This document shows, one piece after another, positions 1 through 9,303 of a stretch of 64,000 bases of DNA. The number at the start of each line of letters is the position of its first letter. Position 1 is the stretch's first letter. This DNA comes from Algibacter sp. GTDB taxonomy: Bacteria > Bacteroidota > Bacteroidia > Flavobacteriales > Flavobacteriaceae. The stretch is from positions 11,176 through 75,175 of the forward strand of contig JBNKOE010000005.1 of the NCBI GenBank assembly GCA_050294475.1. Reading direction: 5' to 3'. The translations under genes were made by a program, and so were the position numbers. A model generated the notes under the pieces. It was not told the DNA's origin. It did not search any database and was given only the letters and a program-made list of their open reading frames with translations.

Positions 1-117
1 AAACCAATAACCCTATGCTATCACGATTTTTTTACGTTTTAAATTAGTTTCATGAATTTAATTAAAAAAAATAGTACTTTTGGCGCCTATTAACTAGCTG
101 TTATATAGGTTGTTTTT

Positions 118-684
118 ATGCATTATAAATCAAAAGAAAATCGATTATTAATAATTCAATTAAAAAATGGTGAAGAACAGGCTTTTACTTCTTTAATTGA
201 TTTATTTCATCGTAATCTTTGTGTTTATGCAAACTCTTTACTCAATGACACTTCCTTAGCTGAAGACATTGTTCAAAACGTGTTTATTAAGGTTTGGGAA
301 AAACGAAAAAACTTAAAAGAAGAATACTCTATTAAAAAGTTCCTATATAAATCTGTTTATAATGAATTTATTGATTATTACAGAAAACACAAACATGTTA
401 TAATCTCTATTGAACAAAAACATATCAATTTATTAACACATATGTTAGATGATAACACCAATGATACAACCGAAGATCTAATTAAAAATGTGAAGCTAGA
501 AATTAAACAACTTCCTCCTAAATATAAGCACACTTTTCTTTTAAGTAAAAAAGAAGGGCTTAGTAATAATGAAATTTCTGAATACTTAGGCATTTCTATA
601 AAAACGGTAGAATCTCATATAACCAAAGCATTTTCTATTATCCGAAATAATATTAACTCAAAAAAAGGCCCCATTTTATCCTAA
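118..684 (+). CDS. ECF RNA polymerase sigma-70 factor
   Basis: Region 2 (AEDIVQNVFIKVWEKR...FLYKSVYN) and region 4 HTH (GLSNNEISEYLGISIKTVESHITKA). Confidence 0.9.
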   Translation: MHYKSKENRLLIIQLKNGEEQAFTSLIDLFHRNLCVYANSLLNDTSLAEDIVQNVFIKVWEKRKNLKEEYSIKKFLYKSVYNEFIDYYRKHKHVIISIEQKHINLLTHMLDDNTNDTTEDLIKNVKLEIKQLPPKYKHTFLLSKKEGLSNNEISEYLGISIKTVESHITKAFSIIRNNINSKKGPILS

Positions 685-733
685 AACTGTCTAAATTTAC
701 TCCTGAATTAGCATTTTTAATTTTAACAAATTA

Positions 734-1333
734 ATGTTATTAAAAAACCATTCCAGCTGCCTTTTAGAATGTGGTACAGACGAAGCAGGTCGAGGCTGTC
801 TTGCTGGTCCTGTAACTGCAGCTGCTGTTATTCTTCCCGAGCATTTTAATAATTCTATATTAAATGACTCTAAACAACTTAGCGAAAAGAAAAGAGATAT
901 ATTAAAACCTATTATTGAAAACGAAGCTCTAACTTTTGGTGTGTCGCATGTGTTTCAAGAAGAAATTGACAGCATTAACATATTAAATGCGTCTATTTTA
1001 GCAATGCATAAATCTATTGAACAATTAACACCACAACCAAAATTTATAATTGTTGATGGTAATAAATTTAAACCTTATAATGATATTGAATTTGAAACTA
1101 TTATTAAAGGTGATGGTAAGTATTTAAGCATTGCTGCTGCATCGGTGTTGGCTAAAACATACCGAGATATTTACATGAATATAATTCATGAAGAATACCC
1201 AATGTATAATTGGAAACAAAACAAAGGTTATCCAACTAAAGAACACCGAGAAGCCATAAGAAAACATGGTATAACAAAATACCATAGAAAATCGTTTAGG
1301 TTATTGCCAGAGCAATTAAAACTAGATATTTAG
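734..1333 (+). CDS. rnhB: Ribonuclease HII
   Basis: [44 protein letters not shown] motifs. Confidence 0.96.
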   Translation: MLLKNHSSCLLECGTDEAGRGCLAGPVTAAAVILPEHFNNSILNDSKQLSEKKRDILKPIIENEALTFGVSHVFQEEIDSINILNASILAMHKSIEQLTPQPKFIIVDGNKFKPYNDIEFETIIKGDGKYLSIAAASVLAKTYRDIYMNIIHEEYPMYNWKQNKGYPTKEHREAIRKHGITKYHRKSFRLLPEQLKLDI

Positions 1334-1399
1334 ATTAGCTCATTTTATATATGCTATAAAACGATAAATATGTAGATTTGTAATAAATTAATTCGTTTC

Positions 1400-3829
1400 A
1401 TGAGATTTTTTTATTTTACCCTACTACTTTTTACTTTTTTTAACTGTACAAATACCTCTACCGAAAAATCTAAACTTATTGATTTCGTTCCAGAAGAAAC
1501 ATATTTAATTATAAAAACATCTAATTTAGAAAGTTTAAATAACAGTTTAAACAATAGTGATTTTTTACAAAAACTATCAAAAACAACATCTTACAAAAAT
1601 TTAGAAAAAAAACTAGAAGGATTATCGCTTTTAAAGCCTAAGAATGAGGTTTTAATTTGTTTCTCTAAAGATAATAATGATAGTTTACAATATACGGTAA
1701 TAACAAAAAATCATCCCCTTTTATTTAAGACAGATTCACTTAAAAACTTTACAGAAGAATCGCTTATTTACAAAAATAAAACAATAACAAAATCAACCTT
1801 TAATAATAACACATTTTATAGTACACTTATAGACAGCACCTTTTTTGCATCATCATCTAAAACTATAACAGATAATGTTTTCAATAAAAAAAACACAGAT
1901 TCTAATTTAGAAAAAATATATACCACCACTAGCAACAACAATTTAACTTCTATTATAATCAAGCCTAACAATCCTTTTATAAAAACTTTTTTTATAAACG
2001 ATTCTCTAAACTTAAACACATTTACAAATTATATAGCTGTTGATGCAGATATCAACCAGAACGACATTATAATTAACGGTATTACAAAAGCGTTAGATTC
2101 TACTAAAAGTTTAATAAACATTTTTAAAGGCACTATTCCACAAGAAAATTTAATTGAAAATATCACCCCTTCAAACAGTGATGGTTTTATGAGTTTTACG
2201 TTTGATAATTATAAAACTTTTGAAACTAATTTATCCAAATTCAACCAAACAGATTCCCTAATAAACACGAACTCTCTTTTTGATAACATTATAGAAATTG
2301 GTGTTATTTATAAAGATAAAAGCAAAGCAATTGTTTTAAACTCCATAGATATTATTGATACAAAAGATGCTTTACTAAGCGAACAAAATAATATTGGGAC
2401 ATTCAGACAAGTTGATATTTACTCATTTAGTAAACCAAATTTATTTTCAAATGCTTTTTCTCCTTTAATAACATTTCAAAATGCAACTAAATACTGTGTG
2501 CTTGACAACTTTTTTGTGTTTGCCGAAAACTTTGAAATGCTTCAAAACATTATTGCTAATTACCAAAATAAAACCACAATAAACGAACTAAGCTACTTTA
2601 AAGACATTAAAGAACAATTAACAGATGCATCATCTTTAATTTTTGTTGCCAATCCATCAATCTTAAAAAAGATTCTTAAAACAAACGAATTAAATACTAT
2701 TGGTAAATTAGACAAATACAACACTACTGCATTACAATTTATTTACGACACTAATTTTGCGCATGTAAATGGTATTATAAAAAAGAGTAAAACTAAAGCG
2801 ATTTTAAATTCAGTTTCAGAAGAACTTAATATTAAATTAGAAAATAACATACTCAACACACCTCAATTTGTCACCAACCATATTACAAAACAAAAAGAAA
2901 TAGTGGTTCAAGATGTTGCCAATAATTTGTATTTAATATCCAATAAAGGGAAAATTCTTTGGAAAAAACAACTGCAAGGTCCTGTTTTAGGTAGTATTAA
3001 TCAAATTGATATTTACAAAAACGGAAGACTACAATTAGCATTTGCTACACCAAACAAAGTTTATGTTTTAGATAGAAATGGAAATGATGTATCCCCTTTT
3101 CCTGCTAAATTTACCGATAATATTACACAACCCTTATCGGTTTTTGATTATGAAAAAAACAAGAATTACAGGTTATTAGTTACTCAAGGCAAACGCACTT
3201 TAATGTATGATGTGAATGCCAAAATAGTAAAAGGATTTACATTTAATACTGCAAACAATACTATTATTTCTCAACCAAAGCATTTTAGAATTGGAAGTAA
3301 AGACTATATTGCTTTTAAAACAAAGGATAAACTTTATATACTAAACCGAACAGGAAAAACAAGAGTAACTCCAAAAACATCAAATACCTATTCAGAAGAA
3401 CCTATATTTTTATATAAAGATAAATTTACCACAACCACTAATGATGGTAATTTAATTACTATTGACTCCAAAGGAAATACAACTATTCAAAATTTAAACC
3501 TTTCTGAAAACCACAATATTGAAACCACCAGTAAAACACTTGTAACTTTATCTGAAAATAAACTAACCATAAAAAACAAAAGCTTAGAATTAGATTATGG
3601 TAATTATAGCAAACCAAAAATATTCTATTTAAAAGACAAAATATATATAGCAATTACCGATTTACAAACTCAAAAAGTATATCTCTATGATAGTCAAGCT
3701 AAACTAATAACTAATTTCCCTGTTTATGGAAACTCCATGATTGATTTAGATGATATTGACAAAGACAAAAATTTAGAATTTATTACCAAAGGAGAAGCTA
3801 ACTCTATTTTACTTTACCAAATGAATTAA
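1400..3829 (+). CDS. Large conserved hypothetical lipoprotein with probable C-terminal beta-propeller/FG-GAP-like repeats
   Basis: Lipobox-like FFNC; repeats IDIYKNGRLQL, DYEKNKNYRLLV, DIDKDKNLEF. Confidence 0.65.
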   Translation: MRFFYFTLLLFTFFNCTNTSTEKSKLIDFVPEETYLIIKTSNLESLNNSLNNSDFLQKLSKTTSYKNLEKKLEGLSLLKPKNEVLICFSKDNNDSLQYTVITKNHPLLFKTDSLKNFTEESLIYKNKTITKSTFNNNTFYSTLIDSTFFASSSKTITDNVFNKKNTDSNLEKIYTTTSNNNLTSIIIKPNNPFIKTFFINDSLNLNTFTNYIAVDADINQNDIIINGITKALDSTKSLINIFKGTIPQENLIENITPSNSDGFMSFTFDNYKTFETNLSKFNQTDSLINTNSLFDNIIEIGVIYKDKSKAIVLNSIDIIDTKDALLSEQNNIGTFRQVDIYSFSKPNLFSNAFSPLITFQNATKYCVLDNFFVFAENFEMLQNIIANYQNKTTINELSYFKDIKEQLTDASSLIFVANPSILKKILKTNELNTIGKLDKYNTTALQFIYDTNFAHVNGIIKKSKTKAILNSVSEELNIKLENNILNTPQFVTNHITKQKEIVVQDVANNLYLISNKGKILWKKQLQGPVLGSINQIDIYKNGRLQLAFATPNKVYVLDRNGNDVSPFPAKFTDNITQPLSVFDYEKNKNYRLLVTQGKRTLMYDVNAKIVKGFTFNTANNTIISQPKHFRIGSKDYIAFKTKDKLYILNRTGKTRVTPKTSNTYSEEPIFLYKDKFTTTTNDGNLITIDSKGNTTIQNLNLSENHNIETTSKTLVTLSENKLTIKNKSLELDYGNYSKPKIFYLKDKIYIAITDLQTQKVYLYDSQAKLITNFPVYGNSMIDLDDIDKDKNLEFITKGEANSILLYQMN

Positions 3830-4003
3830 TGTTTTAATTAATTTGTTCTTTATCCCTTTTGTAGGTAAAAAACTAATCTTTATCTTTAACCCAGCTATTA
3901 ATCAATTATTTACAAAAACATTAAATTTTACACTATTTTTCAATAGGCATAACTCTGTCTTATAAAAACATTACGATAACCAAATCGCAAGTCCTCAAAT
4001 CTT

Positions 4004-4039
4004 GAACGCCAAAGCGTGGTTGCTTTGGCGTTCTTTTTT
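4004..4039 (+). terminator. Intrinsic terminator
   Basis: 12-bp perfect stem GAACGCCAAAGC/GCTTTGGCGTTC followed by a T6 run. Confidence 0.75.
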
Positions 4040-4089
4040 GCTATAATTTAAAGTTATTTTAATACTATTGTACTCCTAACAAACAAAAC

Positions 4090-5139
4090 ATGATTTCAAG
4101 AAAAAACGCCTCTATTTCAAAATTTATTATTCATAAAGTTGGTAACAAGTTTAACGATACAAAAAATGCTTTTTCAGACAAGCTAGTAGATTTTGATGAA
4201 GCTAGTTACGATTTAATGCTCCCGTTTCTTTTACGCCCTTTTGGTAGCGTAGTACAAAGCTATCGCTTTAACCACCACGCAAATATTACGTTAAACGAAA
4301 TTAATAGCTATAGCAGTCAAATTTTTAATGATGACGATGCTTTTATAGATGTTTCAAAACATATTGTTACACATTTATACGAGCAATCTACATCGGCAAA
4401 CATAAAAACAGGCGATGTATTAGTAGTTATGTTTGAAGGCATTGAATTTAAAGACATGACTACCAACGCTATTGGTATTTTTAAAATTGAAAGTAAAGTA
4501 AACTTCTTTCAAACCTATTTAGAAAACAACAGCTATGATGTTTTAGTACAAAAAGGAATCAGTTCTAAAAAAGTAGATAAAGGCTGCTTAATTTTAAACC
4601 AAAGTGATACGGAAGGCAATATTATTTTAAGTGTCGATAACAATAGTTATGATGCACAATATTGGATAAATCATTTTTTAAATATTAAATACGCCGATGA
4701 TGCCAATAACCACACACAACAATATATAGAATTGTGCAAAGATTTCTCAACAGAAATTTTAAAAACCAGCTATGGTGCTCAAGAACAAAACACCTTTTTA
4801 GCAAAAACTATCGATTTTTTTAAAGAAAATGAAATAGTAAATGTAGAACGTTTTAAAGAAGAACTTTTTGAAGACGAAAAACAAATTAGGGAGTTTGAAA
4901 ATTATAAAAAAGAATTTGAAGGAGAACAAAACATCGTTTTAAGAAACCAATTTGATGTTGCCGAAGCAGTTGTAAATAAAGAAAAGAAAAAATTTAAAAC
5001 CGATATTAAGCTAGACACCAACATACAAATTAAACTAGATATTGATGCACCTGATGCTTCTTCCGAATATTTAGAGCGTGGATATGATGATGAAAAGAAA
5101 ATGCATTATTACAAAGTGTTTTTTAATGCCGAAAATTAA
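4090..5139 (+). CDS. Nucleoid-associated protein (NdpA/YejK-like 37 kDa family)
   Basis: IIHKVGNK start, HLYEQS..NIKTGDV, GIFKIE, KVDKGCLI and YWINHFL pattern; 349 aa. Confidence 0.75.
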   Translation: MISRKNASISKFIIHKVGNKFNDTKNAFSDKLVDFDEASYDLMLPFLLRPFGSVVQSYRFNHHANITLNEINSYSSQIFNDDDAFIDVSKHIVTHLYEQSTSANIKTGDVLVVMFEGIEFKDMTTNAIGIFKIESKVNFFQTYLENNSYDVLVQKGISSKKVDKGCLILNQSDTEGNIILSVDNNSYDAQYWINHFLNIKYADDANNHTQQYIELCKDFSTEILKTSYGAQEQNTFLAKTIDFFKENEIVNVERFKEELFEDEKQIREFENYKKEFEGEQNIVLRNQFDVAEAVVNKEKKKFKTDIKLDTNIQIKLDIDAPDASSEYLERGYDDEKKMHYYKVFFNAEN

Positions 5140-5231
5140 ATACTAAAAAATAGTGATTTTTATAAAAAAGTAGTCAAAAAAATACGACATCTACAGGCTT
5201 GCTTTTTCGTTTTTTTTCATAACTTGTTGAC

Positions 5232-6032
5232 ATGAATACACCTAACAAGGATACAACTAAAAAGAAAAAATTTAACTACGATAAAGAACTAGCCATATTA
5301 CATGAAGATTTAGTTCATCTTCAAGAATGGATAAAGAAACAAGGTTTAAAAGTGGTTATCATTTTTGAAGGTAGAGATGCCTCTGGCAAAGGAGGCACAA
5401 TTAAACGATTTACCGAACCTTTAAACCCTAGAGTTTGTAAAGTAGTAGCTTTAGGCATTCCTACCGAAAAGGAAAAAACACAATGGTATTTTCAACGTTA
5501 TGTACAGTATTTACCAGCAGCAGGCGAAATGGTGCTTTTTGATAGAAGCTGGTACAATAGAGCAGGTGTTGAAAAAGTTATGGGTTTTTGTACTGATGAA
5601 GAGTATAATGAGTTTTTACGCTCTTGCCCTGAGTTTGAGCGTATGTTAGTGCGGTCTGGAATTATTGTTTTAAAATACTGGTTTTCGGTAAGTGATGAAG
5701 AGCAGGAACGGCGTTTTAAAAACCGTATAAGCAATCCATTAAAACGCTGGAAATTTAGTCCAATGGATTTAGAATCGCGTTCCCGTTGGTTAGAATACTC
5801 TAAAGCAAAAGATAATATGTTTGCACATACTGATACCAAACAAGTACCTTGGTTTGTTGTGAATGCCGATAACAAGAAAAAGGCGCGTTTAAATTGTATT
5901 AGCCATGTTTTAAGTCAGATTCCTCATGAAAAAATGGATTTAAAACCTGTTGAACTTCCTGATTTACCAGACTATAAAAGTTATGTGCGACCACCAATAA
6001 ATTATCAAACGTTTGTTCCTGAGAAATATTGA
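5232..6032 (+). CDS. ppk2: Polyphosphate kinase 2
   Basis: FEGRDASGKGGTIKR Walker A, FDRSWYNRAGVE, WKFSPMD. Confidence 0.96.
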   Translation: MNTPNKDTTKKKKFNYDKELAILHEDLVHLQEWIKKQGLKVVIIFEGRDASGKGGTIKRFTEPLNPRVCKVVALGIPTEKEKTQWYFQRYVQYLPAAGEMVLFDRSWYNRAGVEKVMGFCTDEEYNEFLRSCPEFERMLVRSGIIVLKYWFSVSDEEQERRFKNRISNPLKRWKFSPMDLESRSRWLEYSKAKDNMFAHTDTKQVPWFVVNADNKKKARLNCISHVLSQIPHEKMDLKPVELPDLPDYKSYVRPPINYQTFVPEKY

Positions 6033-6077
6033 ATAAACTTGATTTTGTAAAAATTTTCAGCTACCTTCGTTTAACAT
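5762..6077 (+). repeat. Direct repeat copy 1 (ppk2 3' end plus 45 bp downstream)
   Basis: Matches 8308-8623 at offset 2546 with about 6 mismatches in 316 bp by manual comparison. Confidence 0.95.
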
Positions 6078-6146
6078 TAGCTCTAAAAAAAAGAACTTTC
6101 ACTTCCCACCCACTCCAAGAATAATATTTACGAAAAATGAAATTAT

Positions 6147-6175
6147 TGTCCCAAATAATTGCTAAATTTGGGACA
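6147..6175 (+). promoter_or_regulatory. Inverted-repeat operator overlapping the -7 promoter element of the abiE-like operon
   Basis: TGTCCCAAAT-N9-ATTTGGGACA perfect IR; TAAATTTG (TAnnTTTG) at 6163-6170. Confidence 0.7.
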
Positions 6176-6189
6176 TAAATTATCAAACA

Positions 6190-6783
6190 ATGACTAAATC
6201 AGTTCAAACTAGAATTGAAAACGAAATAAAGTCAATGAAAAAAGGGAGTATTCTATTCCCTTCGAACTTTGATGATATGGGAAATGTTGAAGTTGTAAAG
6301 AAATCATTATTACGACTTGAAAACAAAAAATTCTTAGTAAGACTAGCTCATGGAATCTATTTATACCCAAAACAAGACAAGCTTTTAGGGGTTTTATATC
6401 CGACAATAGAAGAAATTGCAATTGCAATTGCTGAACGAGATAAAGCACGAATTATCCCAACTGGAACAACAGCTCTTAATAAATTAGGATTATCAACTCA
6501 AATTCCAATGAATATTGTTTTCTTAACTGACGGAGCTCCAAGAAATATTGTGGTTGGTAAAAGAACAATAAAATTTAAGCGTACATCTCCAAAAAACTTA
6601 GCTGTAAAAGGAGAAATTACAAGTTTAATTATTCAAGCTCTTAAGGATATAGGAAAGGACAATGTAACAGCAGAGCAATTAGAAAAAATTAAAATACATC
6701 TTGAAAAAGAAAAACAAGAAATAATAGAGCATGATGCTAAACTAGCTCCTGTTTGGATATCAAAAATTATGAAGAATAATTAA
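6190..6783 (+). CDS. DUF6088 / AbiEi-like antitoxin (type IV TA)
   Basis: N-terminal wHTH (KSLLRLENKKFLVRLAHGIYLYP), ALNKLGLSTQIP...FLTDG; directly upstream of an AbiEii-type gene. Confidence 0.8.
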   Translation: MTKSVQTRIENEIKSMKKGSILFPSNFDDMGNVEVVKKSLLRLENKKFLVRLAHGIYLYPKQDKLLGVLYPTIEEIAIAIAERDKARIIPTGTTALNKLGLSTQIPMNIVFLTDGAPRNIVVGKRTIKFKRTSPKNLAVKGEITSLIIQALKDIGKDNVTAEQLEKIKIHLEKEKQEIIEHDAKLAPVWISKIMKNN

Positions 6784-6785
6784 AT

Positions 6786-7784
6786 ATGAAAGCGTTTATA
6801 AATCTTAGCAAAAAAGATAAACTGAACATATTCAATCAAGTCAGTGAAAGAACTGGATTTCCATCTTCTGCTGTTGAAAAAGATTGGTGGGTAACTTTAG
6901 CATTAAATATTATTTTTTCATTGTCTTATTCAAACCATATTGTTTTTAAAGGAGGAACATCTTTGAGTAAAGCATGGAATTTAATTGAACGTTTTTCAGA
7001 AGATATCGACTTGGTAATTGATAGAAAACATTTAGGTTTTGAAGGCGAATTAAGTAAAAATCAAGTTAAAAAATTACGTAAAGCATCTTGTTCCTTTATT
7101 GGAAGTGAATTTTATAAAGATATCAATGATGCTTTAATTAAACTAGGTGTTCCAGATTATGAATTAGTTGTTCAAGAAACAAAAGATACAGATACTGATC
7201 CCTTAGTTATTGAATTACGATATAAATCTTTAACAGAAACATCCGACTATTTAAGACCTAGAGTACTAATAGAAGTTAGTGCACGTTCCTTAATGGAGCC
7301 TGTAGAAAACAAAGCCGTTATTTCTATGGTTTCTGAGGAATTTAAAGAACTTCCCTTTGCAGAAACAGAAGTAACAATACCTGTTGTTTCTCCTAAGCGA
7401 ACCTTTTTGGAGAAGATATTTCTATTACATGAAGAGTTCCAAAAAGACACAAAATTTATACGAGTAGAAAGAATGAGCCGACACTTGTATGATTTAGAAA
7501 AACTTATGGATACAATTCACGGTACAGAAGCTTTGAAAGATGTTAAATTATACAATACAATTGTAACACACAGAAAGAACTTTAATGCCGTAAGAGGAAT
7601 TGACTACGCAAACCATAGCCCTCAATTAATTAATATTTCACCACTAGAAGCAACAATTAAAGAATGGAGAAAAGATTATAAGACCATGCAAGAAAGTATG
7701 TTTTATGGAGGTACCATTAGTTTTGATAAACTAATGGAACGCATTGCAGAGTTGAATACTAGAATTAAAACAATTTCATTATGA
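6786..7784 (+). CDS. AbiEii/AbiGii-family nucleotidyltransferase toxin
   Basis: EKDWWV, VFKGGTSLSK, RFSEDIDL, RTFLEKIFLLHE, RHLYDL motifs. Confidence 0.9.
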   Translation: MKAFINLSKKDKLNIFNQVSERTGFPSSAVEKDWWVTLALNIIFSLSYSNHIVFKGGTSLSKAWNLIERFSEDIDLVIDRKHLGFEGELSKNQVKKLRKASCSFIGSEFYKDINDALIKLGVPDYELVVQETKDTDTDPLVIELRYKSLTETSDYLRPRVLIEVSARSLMEPVENKAVISMVSEEFKELPFAETEVTIPVVSPKRTFLEKIFLLHEEFQKDTKFIRVERMSRHLYDLEKLMDTIHGTEALKDVKLYNTIVTHRKNFNAVRGIDYANHSPQLINISPLEATIKEWRKDYKTMQESMFYGGTISFDKLMERIAELNTRIKTISL

Positions 7785-8228
7785 ATGAAAACGAAATAAG
7801 AGAAGAACTCACCAGAGTTATAGCCGAAGATTCTCAAAACATTGATGAAATTCTAAAACTATCACATAAACTTGCTGCTCTTGATAACGACAGTGTCCGA
7901 TTTAGTGTAGATGTAAGTGTTATTGATAGATTTAGGAACAGAATTGGTTGCGAGACACGAAACTGCTGTTTCTAAATTAATTAAAAATTACTATGATGCT
8001 GATGCAAAATCGGCACCAATTAATTTTTTAAATGTAGATAATATTGGAGGAACTTTAATAATAGAAGATAACGGGAATGGAATAACCAGAGACCAATTAG
8101 TTAATGGTTTCATGAAAATTTCTTCTACTTCAAAAATTCATGAACCCGAATCGCCCATTTTTAAAAGAAAAAGAGCCAGTAAAAAGGAATTGAACGATTT
8201 TAAACACAAAGATCGGGTAATAAACTGA
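7781..8228 (+). pseudogene. Frameshifted, truncated GHKL (HATPase_c_3/MORC-like) ATPase
   Basis: Two ORF pieces join as RFSVDVSVIDR/LGTELV..AVSKLIKNYYDADA..IEDNGNG; the expected GKKGIGRF box has decayed to SKKELNDF and the frame stops soon after. Confidence 0.8.
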
Positions 8229-8307
8229 CGATAATAACACAAACAAAGGAGACTAATTTTGCTCTGAAAGTATTTCAGAAGAATTTGGAGGTATTCGGCT
8301 TTACAGA

Positions 8308-8578
8308 AATGGATTTAAAATCGCGTTCCCGTTGGTTAGAATACTCTAAAGCAAAAGACAATATGTTTGCACATACTGATACCAAACAAGTACCTTGGTT
8401 TGTTGTGAATGCCGATAACAAGAAAAAGGCGCGTTTAAATTGTATTAGCCATGTTTTAAATCAGATTCCTCATGAAAAAATGGATTTAAAACCTGTTGAA
8501 CTTCCTGATTTACCAGACTATAAAAGTTATGTGCGACCACCTATAAATTATCAAACGTTTGTTCCTGAGAAATATTGA
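8308..8578 (+). pseudogene. ppk2: ppk2 3' fragment
   Basis: Encodes the last ~89 aa of Ppk2 (MDLKSRSRW...FVPEKY) without the Walker motifs. Confidence 0.9.
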
Positions 8579-8623
8579 ATAAACTTGATTTTGTAAAAAT
8601 TTTCTACTACCTTCGTTTAACAT
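8308..8623 (+). repeat. Direct repeat copy 2 (duplicated ppk2 3' end)
   Basis: About 98% identical to 5762-6077. Confidence 0.95.
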
Positions 8624-8625
8624 CA

Positions 8626-8662
8626 GATATAAAACATTAAAACAATTTCATATCAAGTTGTT
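8626..8662 (+). other. Degenerate attI-like / secondary insertion site
   Basis: ACAATT-TC-ATATCAAGTTG|TT resembles ACAATT-GTCT-ATATCCAATTG|TT at 63762-63784. Confidence 0.55.
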
Positions 8663-9293
8663 GTAACACATTTAACCAAACCAAGAAACTTAATATTTAT
8701 GAAGAAAATTTTACCAATCATTATTGTCGGAATTATAACTGGAGCAATCGGATTTTTTGCTGGAAAAACAGTTGGATATGACGAAGCTGAAAGAATGCAA
8801 AGTTATCGAAGTGTCGAATCTATTAAATCGGACTTAAAACAACGTGAAACTAAAATGATTTCGACTCTATTAAACGGAACTGCACGAATTGAAACGCGAA
8901 ATGAAGGCGGACTTTTTAGCAGTAAAAAATCGAAATATCTGACTGGTAAAATTCTAAACAACGCTTTAGTTGCGAAAGCAAAAGATGTGAAAGTAATTGT
9001 GACATTTTTATCCAAAACAAAATCGGAAATTGGAAAAGCGGAATTTACTATTTACGAATATATTGAACCTGGAAAGTCGCAATCTTTTGAGAAGAAAGTA
9101 AATGTCTCTCAAGATGTGGCTGAATTTAGCTGGAATATTGTAGATGCAAAAGCGGAATAAAAACGTGTTACAACAATGTATAAAAATAATTGCGGTTTAG
9201 TTCTTAATCAAAGGTAGTTACGTGTTTGATACGTCTGAATTTCCTTCGGAAATTCCTCGCACGCAAACCCGCAACTATTCTTATACGAGACCG
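8661..9293 (+). mobile_element. Solo integron-like gene cassette
   Basis: Starts G|TTGTAACAC (8660-8669), the exact reverse complement of GTGTTACAAC (9165-9174) after its stop codon; ends at G9293|TT. Confidence 0.85.
8699..9160 (+). CDS. Cassette-borne hypothetical membrane-anchored protein (C-terminal Ig-like/FxLYD-like domain possible)
   Basis: N-terminal TM segment; GKILNN..AKDVKVIVTF..YEYIEPGKSQSF pattern. Confidence 0.75.
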   Translation: MKKILPIIIVGIITGAIGFFAGKTVGYDEAERMQSYRSVESIKSDLKQRETKMISTLLNGTARIETRNEGGLFSSKKSKYLTGKILNNALVAKAKDVKVIVTFLSKTKSEIGKAEFTIYEYIEPGKSQSFEKKVNVSQDVAEFSWNIVDAKAE

Positions 9294-9300
9294 TTAAACG
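9165..9300 (+). repeat. attC-like site A
   Basis: TTACAAC-AAT-GTATAAAAATAATTGCGG ... CCGCAACTATTCTTATAC-GAGACC-GTTAAAC; 18-bp stem with 2 mismatches; R' fits GTTRRRY. Confidence 0.85.
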
Positions 9301-9303
9301 AAC

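Larger units (their letters stand above)
6078..8307 (+). mobile_element. Remnant of a genomic island integrated at the ppk2 3' end
   Basis: Bracketed by the 316-bp direct repeat; carries a TA pair and a truncated GHKL ATPase; no integrase left inside. Confidence 0.7.

Noticed and set aside
8285-8578. ORF-track 97-aa ORF as an independent gene
   Set aside because: It is the duplicated ppk2 tail with an accidental non-ATG start and lacks the catalytic motifs.
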